Source of the DNA: a virus
Virus record (IMG/VR): IMGVR_UViG_3300028840_004168
Coordinates: 1 to 64,000 of that record
Reading direction: 5' to 3' (one strand)
DNA: 64,000 nucleotides
A program made the position numbers and the translations under genes. Below, in pieces: positions 17,763 to 26,230 of this stretch (position 1 is the stretch's first letter; each line of letters starts with the position of its first letter). The notes under the pieces are model-generated. The model had not been told where the DNA came from, made no database searches, and saw only the letters and a list, made by a program, of their open reading frames with translations.

Positions 17763-18221
17763 CTATCTCCAATCTACATAAGAACCATATATATCTACAA
17801 CCCATACTGTAATAGGAAGGTCATAGTAATCTATAGTTTCAAATAATCGCTTGATGTGCTTCTTATCTTTATCAAGATCTTTTGCCACTATCAAGATCGC
17901 TGCCATCTTGTCAAGTTTAGCTGCATAGTATAGTGACTGCCCAACTGCATTATACCACTTATGAGCGAAGTCTATCTCTACAGCATACTGCTTAGTGACA
18001 CAATCGCATCTAGGAGAATTCCTGTTGAAAGTCTCTACTCTTACCTCTGTGTCATATGGCTTGATGCACCACCTGTCACGATACCAAGCTTCGTCATGAT
18101 CAGTTGACTGAGCATACAAATAGCAGAATGGAGTAATCATTGCCATGCACACTACAAAAAAGAAAAACCTGCTGACAACAAAAAACTTAAACGTAGGTAA
18201 ATAATTTTTATTTTTTTTCAT
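17763..18221 (-). CDS. PD-(D/E)XK nuclease-like protein with N-terminal hydrophobic leader
   Basis: E..Y...WC...E...RCDC...AVEIDF..KW.NAVGQSLYY pattern; leader FFVVSRFFFFVVCMAMI. Confidence 0.55.
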   Translation of the reverse strand: MKKNKNYLPTFKFFVVSRFFFFVVCMAMITPFCYLYAQSTDHDEAWYRDRWCIKPYDTEVRVETFNRNSPRCDCVTKQYAVEIDFAHKWYNAVGQSLYYAAKLDKMAAILIVAKDLDKDKKHIKRLFETIDYYDLPITVWVVDIYGSYVDWR

Positions 18222-18349
18222 TTGTCATCTCCAAAGCAAAATTTTAAACCAAACATGGGAATAGGAAGGAAATATAAAATTCTATCTTTTTTGTCCCAAT
18301 AAAATCCTATCCAAAAATCTTCCCATGCAAATAATAATTCAATCCTCAT
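18218..18349 (-). CDS. small aromatic-rich phage protein (43 aa)
   Basis: Manual translation MRIELLFAWEDFWIGFYWDKKDRILYFLPIPMFGLKFCFGDDK; ATGA overlap with the next gene. Confidence 0.65.
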   Translation of the reverse strand: MRIELLFAWEDFWIGFYWDKKDRILYFLPIPMFGLKFCFGDDK

Positions 18350-18350
18350 G

Positions 18351-18506
18351 CTATTCTCCTAAATATTCTTTTACATATTTATCTAACTCTTTATCCGCTT
18401 CCTCTTTAGTTTCAAACGGCCCATGCCTGTCTGCCCAGGTTTCATCCCAAAAATACCACTTGCCATCTTCTTGATGCACTATGTCTTTGGCTTTTTTATT
18501 CTTCAT
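18351..18506 (-). CDS. small phage protein (WYFWDETW..GPF motif)
   Basis: Start revised to ATG 18506 (MKNKKAKDIVHQEDGKWYFWDETW). Confidence 0.65.
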   Translation of the reverse strand: MKNKKAKDIVHQEDGKWYFWDETWADRHGPFETKEEADKELDKYVKEYLGE

Positions 18507-19737
18507 CCATGATCTCCTGCAGCTTTGTTTTGGCTTTGTAATTATCCTGGAAGTAACGGACAAACTTGTGCTGGCCTTCAGGGTCAAGCTTCTCAAACTC
18601 TCTGCCTAACTTGTCAAACATTTTATATTTGAACTCAATATCATCTATGGCTATCTCTGCTTCGCCAGTAGCTGCCACCAATCCGCTTTTCCGAACAAGC
18701 TTGTCAAGGTCATAAATAAAGTTATATCCCTCATTGAATAGTATTTTATACTCAACCATCTTGATATCAGGCTGTCTGCCTTTGAGCTCCCTGACTTCTA
18801 TTTCGCCTTTAAGCCCTACCCTTACGCCGTTATCCTCTATCCACTCTTTGCGCTTGATGTAGAGCAGCACAGTAGTAGCAAAAGACACAGCATCTTTGGT
18901 CAGAAATGTGTTGCTTCCATAGCCAATAGTGCTTGTCTTCTGTGCTACCAGAAACAGCATAGCCCCTGTTTCTACTACATCATCGTAGATCTCACGAAAC
19001 AATTCTCTCATGGCTTTGCTGTGACTCCCTGGCTGTGCTGCTTTTACAGTGCTTTCGCTGGCCTCTGCATCGTCATACTTAGGATCTCCTTTGGTAGTCT
19101 TCTTCTTAGTCATCCTTTTGACTTCAGCCTCACTTGTAGTTGCAGATATGCTGTCCCATATGATTACCACAGGGAAGTAACCATACTTGTTTCTCAGCTC
19201 TCTTATTTTTTTAAACATAGCAAACAGGCGCACGCCTATTTCTTCGATGGTTAAGCGTCTGCCTTTTTCAAACATCTCTTTGCTTGGCTGCATCATGATA
19301 AAATTTTCTGAAATTACAGATTGGGAAATGCCATATCTGCCATAGAGCTTTTGCACATACTCATCAGTCAACGTCCGTTCCTGGTCTATGTAGATCACGA
19401 TGCCTTCTTTCAAGAGGATTGATTTTGCCACTTCCAAAGCAAATGTAGTCTTGCCAACTTTAGCAGGGCCGAAGATTGTAACAGCCCTGCCCATCGGCAA
19501 TCCGTAATCTCCTGTCGTAACTGATTTGACCACAGCCCTTTCCAGGTGTGGCAGTCCGATCTGCAGCACTTCTTTGATGTTTGACTTAAGCTCTATAGGC
19601 GCAACCGCCGTCCCTTCTCCGAACAGCTTATTAGCAAAGACACTAAGAGTGCTGCCTACTTTTTTCTGAGCTTTTGGAACTGATTTTTTCTTGCCAGAAT
19701 TATTTGTAATGGCCTTCTTTGCTGCTTTCTTAACCAT
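18496..19737 (-). CDS. recA: RecA/UvsX-like recombinase
   Basis: GLPMGRAVTIFGPAKVGKTT Walker A, YIDQERTL, IIWDSISA Walker B. Confidence 0.88.
   Translation of the reverse strand: MVKKAAKKAITNNSGKKKSVPKAQKKVGSTLSVFANKLFGEGTAVAPIELKSNIKEVLQIGLPHLERAVVKSVTTGDYGLPMGRAVTIFGPAKVGKTTFALEVAKSILLKEGIVIYIDQERTLTDEYVQKLYGRYGISQSVISENFIMMQPSKEMFEKGRRLTIEEIGVRLFAMFKKIRELRNKYGYFPVVIIWDSISATTSEAEVKRMTKKKTTKGDPKYDDAEASESTVKAAQPGSHSKAMRELFREIYDDVVETGAMLFLVAQKTSTIGYGSNTFLTKDAVSFATTVLLYIKRKEWIEDNGVRVGLKGEIEVRELKGRQPDIKMVEYKILFNEGYNFIYDLDKLVRKSGLVAATGEAEIAIDDIEFKYKMFDKLGREFEKLDPEGQHKFVRYFQDNYKAKTKLQEIMDEE
19307..19320. repeat. dispersed palindrome (exact, inside recA)
   Basis: TCTGAAATTACAGA, codes SVISE. Confidence 0.8.
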
Positions 19738-19745
19738 GACTGCTC

Positions 19746-20186
19746 CTATGTTTCTATATAATTATTATGGATCTTCAGATGGCATATCTCGCACAGCACC
19801 ATGACATTCAAAGGACTGTCATAATCTTCATGGTGCAGACATAGCTTGTCTATAGCCCCACAGCATTCGCACTTTTCTTTTGCAATCTTGCCAATTTTAG
19901 CTGCATACTTAGATTTAGATCGTGCCAATATTTTGTCACGATTCTTCTCATAGTATCTCTTATCCCTTATGCGCTTGGCTGCTTTGGCTGCATCCGTCTG
20001 GCGATAAGCCCTGTCATGCGCCCTTTCTCTTTCTATATTTTTGACATAATTATTATGGCGCTGAAGATTACAGCATGTCTTGCATGCATAGGCCAGTCCA
20101 TCCTTTGTCTTTTTATGTTTATGGTATTCAGACAAAGGCTGGAACTGACCGCATTTGGTGCATTGTTTGATATCGCTGTTATTCAT
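19746..20186 (-). CDS. free-standing HNH endonuclease-like protein
   Basis: N-terminal CTKC...CKTC zinc finger; C-terminal CECCG...HHEDY...LCEICHLKIH. Confidence 0.8.
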   Translation of the reverse strand: MNNSDIKQCTKCGQFQPLSEYHKHKKTKDGLAYACKTCCNLQRHNNYVKNIERERAHDRAYRQTDAAKAAKRIRDKRYYEKNRDKILARSKSKYAAKIGKIAKEKCECCGAIDKLCLHHEDYDSPLNVMVLCEICHLKIHNNYIET

Positions 20187-20200
20187 ACAATGCTCCTTTG

Positions 20201-21271
20201 TCAGAAGGGGATGTCCTCTTCGCTATCAACTGGTTTAGGAGCACTCTTCTTGCCACTAGCTTTTTTGCCACTAGCTTTTTTGCCTGAACGTGCAGGAGGC
20301 TTAGGCTCTGGCTCTGCCGTCTCTCCCTCTTCTGCTTCATCTATGCAAGCAGCAAGCTGTATACAGTCTTTACACTCTTCTTTTTCTATGCTGTATTTAC
20401 CGAAGCATGGTTTGATATTGGCATTAGGAGCGCTTTCAGATGCCTCTGTAAGCCCTTCCATTATGCGATTCTGGTCTTCCAGCGTAGGAATGCCAGTGAA
20501 CTCAGGAACATCAAGATTAGGTATAGCTGCCTCTATATCTTCCCTGACTGATGCATCAGATAAAAACTCAGTTATAGCTTCCGTTACATGAGGGGGAGCC
20601 ATTTCTACCTGATAATCTGTATTGATGCCACTACCTTCTTTTATAATTACGACAGGCTGAGGATGTTCCAGGTCAGTGATATCTCCATACAGATTAATTT
20701 TATTCCTGATACCTTTTTGAACAGTAACGCCAGCAGTAGCTACCTGTATAAAGTTCTTACAGGAGCCGCCGTAAGTCTTCTTATCATCGATCTTTATGGC
20801 GTTGTTAAAAGGACAACCGTTGCACTGCTCGACATTATCAAGATGATTTTCATCTTTAAAATAACCGAAACAATCAGGAATGGCCTTAGTCTTCTCGAAT
20901 AGCGGAGTCAGGTCAATAATGTTCATCCTGTACTGCACCTTTCGAGCTTTCATGTTGAATTTTCTTTGCTCATCTTGTGGAAGGCTTTTGAAGTCCTCAG
21001 CCCATATCGTAGGATAAACGCTATTGCAGACAGCGCAATCCTCTACAGGCTGCTGCTTTTCCCATCTACGACAATTGACTACCTTGTTGTTAGGGCCGAC
21101 ATTGAAGTGCTTGACGGTCTTAACCCAGGGCACTCCGTCCATGTCGTCATGCGGTGGACAAAGCAACCAGATGTTTTCACCATGAAAAATTTTTGTGTAA
21201 TAATTGAAGCCGCTGCCAGTCTCTTCACTTGCTCCAGACTGTTTAGTCTTCTCTACATTTAACTTACCCAT
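20201..21271 (-). CDS. gp32-like single-stranded DNA-binding protein
   Basis: KHF...NC...CAVC, YRMNII, DITD...IIKEGSG..T.Y.V pattern; acidic tail ending EEDIPF. Confidence 0.75.
   Translation of the reverse strand: MGKLNVEKTKQSGASEETGSGFNYYTKIFHGENIWLLCPPHDDMDGVPWVKTVKHFNVGPNNKVVNCRRWEKQQPVEDCAVCNSVYPTIWAEDFKSLPQDEQRKFNMKARKVQYRMNIIDLTPLFEKTKAIPDCFGYFKDENHLDNVEQCNGCPFNNAIKIDDKKTYGGSCKNFIQVATAGVTVQKGIRNKINLYGDITDLEHPQPVVIIKEGSGINTDYQVEMAPPHVTEAITEFLSDASVREDIEAAIPNLDVPEFTGIPTLEDQNRIMEGLTEASESAPNANIKPCFGKYSIEKEECKDCIQLAACIDEAEEGETAEPEPKPPARSGKKASGKKASGKKSAPKPVDSEEDIPF
20250..20285 (-). repeat. 15-nt tandem repeat coding SGKKA
   Basis: TTGCCACTAGCTTTT repeated. Confidence 0.8.
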
Positions 21272-21378
21272 AATTGCACTCCTTTCCTTGCGTGCTTAAA
21301 TTAAATTAATGGCTGTACTTGCCTTAGTTTTAGTAATGCTGTAATTGGAGTATTAGCACTGGGCTAATATTTCAAAGA

Positions 21379-21963
21379 TCAATCTGTATCTATCTTCTCT
21401 TCTATCCTGTTCTTGCGTTTGTGAAGGTATCCATCAGTTCTGTCTGTGTCTACCCTTGATTCCAACGCTCTGAACTTGATAGAAAGAGCATTGATAGAAG
21501 TCTTTAACTTTTTATAGATCGTATCCGCAGCGGATATATCAGACTTCTTTTTAGCGTAAAGCGGATCAGCTTTAATAGTATTTGAAATTGCAGTTTCTGT
21601 CAACTTTTCTTTTGCGTCTTTCTTTTCCTGGTAATAGCGGTTAGCCCACCAGCTTTCAAAATCGATTTCAAGGCTGTCTCTTAACGCCCTGAACTCTTCA
21701 CGCAAAATACCAATGTTGTACATCTCCGTTGATATTTCGTCAAGCATGTCTAAGACATTATGACTGCGAAGCAGTAATGCCAGAGGCTTTACAACTATCT
21801 CATGTTCGTCCATAACAACAGCTATAGTGCCAAGTTCTTTCATCTTGGCTTCTATGGCTGCATCTGTAAGCCTCTTCTGACTGACAGTTTCATGGATAGA
21901 GATTACTGATTCGCTGCTAGGAGATGATTTTTTAGAACTTTTTTTCTGAGCTGTCTTCGCCAT
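21379..21963 (-). CDS. UvsY-like recombination mediator
   Basis: Y.QEKK...LTETAI..TIKADP.Y...helical pattern; located between HU and SSB/RecA. Confidence 0.6.
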   Translation of the reverse strand: MAKTAQKKSSKKSSPSSESVISIHETVSQKRLTDAAIEAKMKELGTIAVVMDEHEIVVKPLALLLRSHNVLDMLDEISTEMYNIGILREEFRALRDSLEIDFESWWANRYYQEKKDAKEKLTETAISNTIKADPLYAKKKSDISAADTIYKKLKTSINALSIKFRALESRVDTDRTDGYLHKRKNRIEEKIDTD

Positions 21964-21973
21964 AAGTCATCTC

Positions 21974-22384
21974 CTATTCATCATCAGGATAAAGATGTGG
22001 GTTGAGCTGCCGCATGAGCTTCTTAGACATCTTGTAGACTATCTTAGTTCTTTCAGCAACTGTGATTTCTTCACCAGTTCTAGGATTCCTGCCAGGATAA
22101 GCATCTCTGGTATACACATGGAACTTGCCAATGTATGAAGAAAGAGAAACGTCTTCGCCTCTCATCAGATGATCACCAAAAGCAATGTCAAAAAACTTAT
22201 TGATTATGTTTTTAACATCTACGTTTGAGATATCATAGCCGTCTGCTCTCATAGCAGCAGCTACTTCCTTCTGAAGATCTTCATAATAGACATGCAGTTT
22301 GCGTGGTTCATTCTTCTTACTGGTTTTCTTTTTGGTTGTTTTCTTTTTAGCTACCGTCTTTTTAGCAGCTGCTTTCTTAGCCAT
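21974..22384 (-). CDS. HU/IHF-family DNA-binding protein with Lys-rich N-tail
   Basis: GEDVSL...GKF....R....GRNPRTGEEITV.....VYK.SKKL. Confidence 0.92.
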   Translation of the reverse strand: MAKKAAAKKTVAKKKTTKKKTSKKNEPRKLHVYYEDLQKEVAAAMRADGYDISNVDVKNIINKFFDIAFGDHLMRGEDVSLSSYIGKFHVYTRDAYPGRNPRTGEEITVAERTKIVYKMSKKLMRQLNPHLYPDDE

Positions 22385-22388
22385 TTTG

Positions 22389-25300
22389 TTACCCCCTATG
22401 TAGGATATTAAGCTTGCATTCAGGTTCTAAAATGAAAGACTTAGTGCCATTCCTCATGTTTCCTTTAGCACATATTAAAATTACATCGCCTTTCTTTGGT
22501 TTCTTACTTTTGTCTTTTTGAATCTCTTTCCAAAAGTCATTGAATGCAACGACACTCGCATCAGCGCCTTTATCTCTGATAGTAATGAATGCCATCCGTC
22601 CTTTTTTTGAAACATGTTCTTTAAATCCAACAACTTTTCCGAGTAAATTGTATTCGTTACCTATAAACACTGTATCCATTTTAGCAAAGTCATGCGTTTT
22701 GTCAACAAAATTTTGATACACTCCATCAAAAAGCTCGGTATAGTTGATCATATCTACACCTAACACTTCTGACCGCCTCATAACCAAGTCTATTTCATCA
22801 CTTGCAGTTAAATCTTCTGGAAGCAGTTCTCTGCGTTCGTTATAGTAAAGAGCTAATTGTTCTTTTATTGACAGATCGGTTATGTCAGCAAAGCAGCCGC
22901 CGATAATCATGTTAGTAGCAGCTGTTTTGTTTGCCATCTTTTTATTTTCTGTAATTACAGAAACAAAATACTCAAAGCTATCGAACGGCAACATGTTCAT
23001 AATATTGCCATAGACAGAATCGCCTACGCCTTTTATCATATTTAAAGGCATAACTATTCTGTTACCATCAAGCATAAACCTGTCCCTGCTGGCATTAATA
23101 GATGGATATACCAGATCTACATCAAACCTGCTTACCTCTCTGATCACTTCATGCAGCTTAGATTTCTCTGTATAGTTAAGCCATGCTGTAAAAAACTCTA
23201 AAGAGTAGTATACCTTTAAATACATGCACACTACGGCATACAGGCTGTAGGCAGTAGCATGCGCCTTTGGAAAATTATACCTGCCGTGTTCTGCTATCAG
23301 CTTCCAGATCTCATTTGCTATATATCTAATAGTATCTTTATTTTCATCAGTCCATTTGGCTACAGCCCCTTTTACAAAGTCATCTTTAAAAGCCATGAAC
23401 TCTTCACGCTTCTTGCCTTTCTGCAGCTTGCGAAGTCTGTCTGCATCCACAGAAGGAAGTCCAGCAAAGTCAGTAACAAGGTGCATCATGTGTTCACTGT
23501 ATATAGGCACTCCAAACGTTTCTTTCAAAATAGCTTCAACAGATGGATGCAGGTATTCTACTTTAGCCTCTCCTTTTTTTCGTGCCAGGAAAAGCTTATG
23601 AGCACCAGACTGCAGAGGCCCAGGCCTGTTTAATGCATTCACAGCTATAATCTGTTCGAAGGTTTCAGGTTCAAGCTGCTTGAGGAACTTTGTTACATTA
23701 GGCCCCTTGAACTGAAACACGCCGCCTGTGTTGCCGAATCCAAACTGTTCTATGACACGCTTATCATTGACATCTATATTTCCTATATTCACATCTTCAT
23801 CATGCCTCTCACGTATAGAATCAAATGCCTCTTTAAATATAGACATAGTCTTGACTCCCAGGATATCAAGAGTCATAATGCCGCATGCATTAAGGAACTC
23901 TCCACCAGTATGACTATTCTCTGTTTCAGTAACTATGCCGCCTTCTTTAGACTTCATTACAGACAGGTAATCAGAATATTTTTCTGGCGTAATGATCAGT
24001 CCAGCGGCATGGACGCTCTTTGATTTAACAACTCCGATAACAGGCTTGACATACTTGAGATACCATTTATAGTTCTCATATCCATTACTGGCAAGCCAGT
24101 TTTTACCGAAGTCATCAAGGCCGAGATCGAATATGTTAGAAATGAAATCAGACTGCTGAATAAATATATCTTTGGTCAGTTTATTTATCAGCTGGAATTG
24201 AAAGCGATTCATCTCAATCTTATCGTCTTCCAGTTCAGCCATTTTATATCTTACGCTGGCAAGGCTTTTTAATGCCTGCTTAATCTGCAAACGCTGGTAT
24301 GCGCCTACCCTGCACACTCTTTCTTCACCATATTTCTCAGACATATATTCAAATATTTCATCTCTCCTATCACTCTCAACATCTATGTCTATATCAATAT
24401 CGTTCTCTCCAGATTCAATCCTGGCAGGGCTTATAAATCTGTCAAAAGATATTTTATGTTTAACAGGATCAAACAATATAAAATCCAGAAGGTATGCTAC
24501 CAGTGAGCCACCGACAGAACCTCTACAATGAGCCAGTATATCGTTGACATAGCAAAACTCAAACAGATCATCTACAATCAGGAAATAGTCTATCGCATCA
24601 AGCTGCACAATGGTTTCAAACTCATACTCCAGGCGCTCAACATACTTGCTGTATTCTTTGTCTAGCATCTTTTCTTTATCTGCCAGTTCTTTTAAGCGAT
24701 CATTCAGCAACAAGTAGAAAAGCTGATTCTTTTTGTTATGGCTGGCACAAGGCGGCATCTTGCTAGGGCGCACAGTGTTCCAGTTTATATGTTTAAAGTA
24801 GTAATGCTTCCTGATATTGTAATCAGGTATTTTGAAATCTCCCAAAGGCATCTCATAATCACACTTACTGACCACATCGTCCACATTGTCTATCGCTTCT
24901 CTGATTTCGCTTCTGAACCTGGAATAAGTTTGAGGGCAGTTCTTTTTGAATCCAATAATCATGCCATGCTTGTTCTTATAGTAGATGTCATCATTGTTGT
25001 ATTCAAAATTGATATTGCTTATCTTGATAAAGTCCTTGTGCATCTGCTGCTGGCGCTTGTAGAGGAAATGAACGTCATTAGTAGCGACAACGCCTATGCT
25101 TTCCTTCTTGGCATAAGAAAACAAAGCATAGTTTAACTCATCGTATACGCCTTCATAATCCAGAGGCATTACTTCAAAATAAAAATCTTTGCTAAATGCT
25201 TTTTTAAACTGATCTATTCTCCCCTTTATTTCTTTTGAAATTACATAATTATTTTTTCTAATAATGGAAGGAATGTAGCCGCCCATGCAGGCAGTCATAC

Positions 25301-26033
25301 AAATAACGCCTTCACTGTGAGCCAACAAACTATCAACATCCATTCTCGGATTGTAATAGAAATTTTCAGTGGCGTATCTGTTAAGCGCAAGTATGTTCTT
25401 GTAGCCTGTTTCATTCTTAGCTATCAAAGTTATATGATACCTGGATTCATCCTTGTCGTGCTCGCTGGCATCATGATCTACAAGATATCCTTCTACTCCG
25501 AAAATAGGCTTCACGCCAGCTCTTCTGGCTTCAAGAAATAGCGGCAGATGACATCCTAGCGCCCCATGATCTGTGGCGCATACTGCAGGTATGCTATGTT
25601 TAATAGCAAAATCTACTAAATCCTTTGGTCTAATGATGCCATCCAGCACGCTATATTCCGTATGCATGTGCAGCTGCACAAAATCATATTCTTTTTCCTG
25701 CGTAAATATTTCAGACACTTCAAAATCATCCATCAATGCATCTTTCAGGTAATACTCGTTCTTTCCATCGTTATCGCTTTTGATAGACAGCGCCTCTTCA
25801 GGAGTTAAAGATGCAAGTTTTTCATTGTAAAACATTAAAAGCTTGTAATCCCTGCGCTGGCATAAGTCTATTATTTGCTTGTTCACAGGGACGATGTCGT
25901 TATGGCTGAATGTAAGAACTGCTTCTACAGGAATGTGCACTTCGCCGTTTATTATAAACTTACCCTTCTCTACCTTATGGTCTATAAAGTAGTTATGATT
26001 TAACAATAATTCAAACACTTCCATTTGGCTCAT
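22389..26033 (-). CDS. dnaE: DNA polymerase III alpha subunit (family C)
   Basis: PHP LHMHTEYSVLDG, RGSVGGSLVAYLL, DIDIDVE, LDILG, YNFPKAHATAY, C-terminal OB fold. Confidence 0.97.
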   Translation of the reverse strand: MSQMEVFELLLNHNYFIDHKVEKGKFIINGEVHIPVEAVLTFSHNDIVPVNKQIIDLCQRRDYKLLMFYNEKLASLTPEEALSIKSDNDGKNEYYLKDALMDDFEVSEIFTQEKEYDFVQLHMHTEYSVLDGIIRPKDLVDFAIKHSIPAVCATDHGALGCHLPLFLEARRAGVKPIFGVEGYLVDHDASEHDKDESRYHITLIAKNETGYKNILALNRYATENFYYNPRMDVDSLLAHSEGVICMTACMGGYIPSIIRKNNYVISKEIKGRIDQFKKAFSKDFYFEVMPLDYEGVYDELNYALFSYAKKESIGVVATNDVHFLYKRQQQMHKDFIKISNINFEYNNDDIYYKNKHGMIIGFKKNCPQTYSRFRSEIREAIDNVDDVVSKCDYEMPLGDFKIPDYNIRKHYYFKHINWNTVRPSKMPPCASHNKKNQLFYLLLNDRLKELADKEKMLDKEYSKYVERLEYEFETIVQLDAIDYFLIVDDLFEFCYVNDILAHCRGSVGGSLVAYLLDFILFDPVKHKISFDRFISPARIESGENDIDIDIDVESDRRDEIFEYMSEKYGEERVCRVGAYQRLQIKQALKSLASVRYKMAELEDDKIEMNRFQFQLINKLTKDIFIQQSDFISNIFDLGLDDFGKNWLASNGYENYKWYLKYVKPVIGVVKSKSVHAAGLIITPEKYSDYLSVMKSKEGGIVTETENSHTGGEFLNACGIMTLDILGVKTMSIFKEAFDSIRERHDEDVNIGNIDVNDKRVIEQFGFGNTGGVFQFKGPNVTKFLKQLEPETFEQIIAVNALNRPGPLQSGAHKLFLARKKGEAKVEYLHPSVEAILKETFGVPIYSEHMMHLVTDFAGLPSVDADRLRKLQKGKKREEFMAFKDDFVKGAVAKWTDENKDTIRYIANEIWKLIAEHGRYNFPKAHATAYSLYAVVCMYLKVYYSLEFFTAWLNYTEKSKLHEVIREVSRFDVDLVYPSINASRDRFMLDGNRIVMPLNMIKGVGDSVYGNIMNMLPFDSFEYFVSVITENKKMANKTAATNMIIGGCFADITDLSIKEQLALYYNERRELLPEDLTASDEIDLVMRRSEVLGVDMINYTELFDGVYQNFVDKTHDFAKMDTVFIGNEYNLLGKVVGFKEHVSKKGRMAFITIRDKGADASVVAFNDFWKEIQKDKSKKPKKGDVILICAKGNMRNGTKSFILEPECKLNILHRG
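22948..22961. repeat. dispersed palindrome (perfect, inside dnaE)
   Basis: TCTGTAATTACAGA, codes SVITE. Confidence 0.8.
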
Positions 26034-26230
26034 TGCATCTTTTCCTATAGTCAGCGATATCAGCGATTGTTATCAGGCCGATATTTGTGTAGTATTTCCT
26101 CAGCCACACACGACAGATGAATTCTTTAGGGTGTGAGCACGAATCATTGGTCAAAAGATATTTACAGTATTTGTGATCTGACTCTAATCTGTGCTCACAC
26201 CTTGAGGTAGCTGTGAGAATAACTTCTTTG
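26011..26230 (-). CDS. possible small Cys-rich protein without an ATG start
   Basis: Open frame RCEHRLESDHKYCKYLLTNDSCSHPKEFICRVW fills the gap before dnaE; start unclear, so the 5' coordinate is approximate. Confidence 0.4.

Noticed and set aside
21351-21369. TATTAGC-ACTGG-GCTAATA hairpin upstream of ssb, and a similar small hairpin at 4987-5004
   Set aside because: Short, weak stems without U tracts; could be chance.
22800-22900. EQLALY in DnaE as a clamp-binding motif
   Set aside because: Only a loose match to QL(S/D)LF and closer to the HhH motif than expected; needs alignment.
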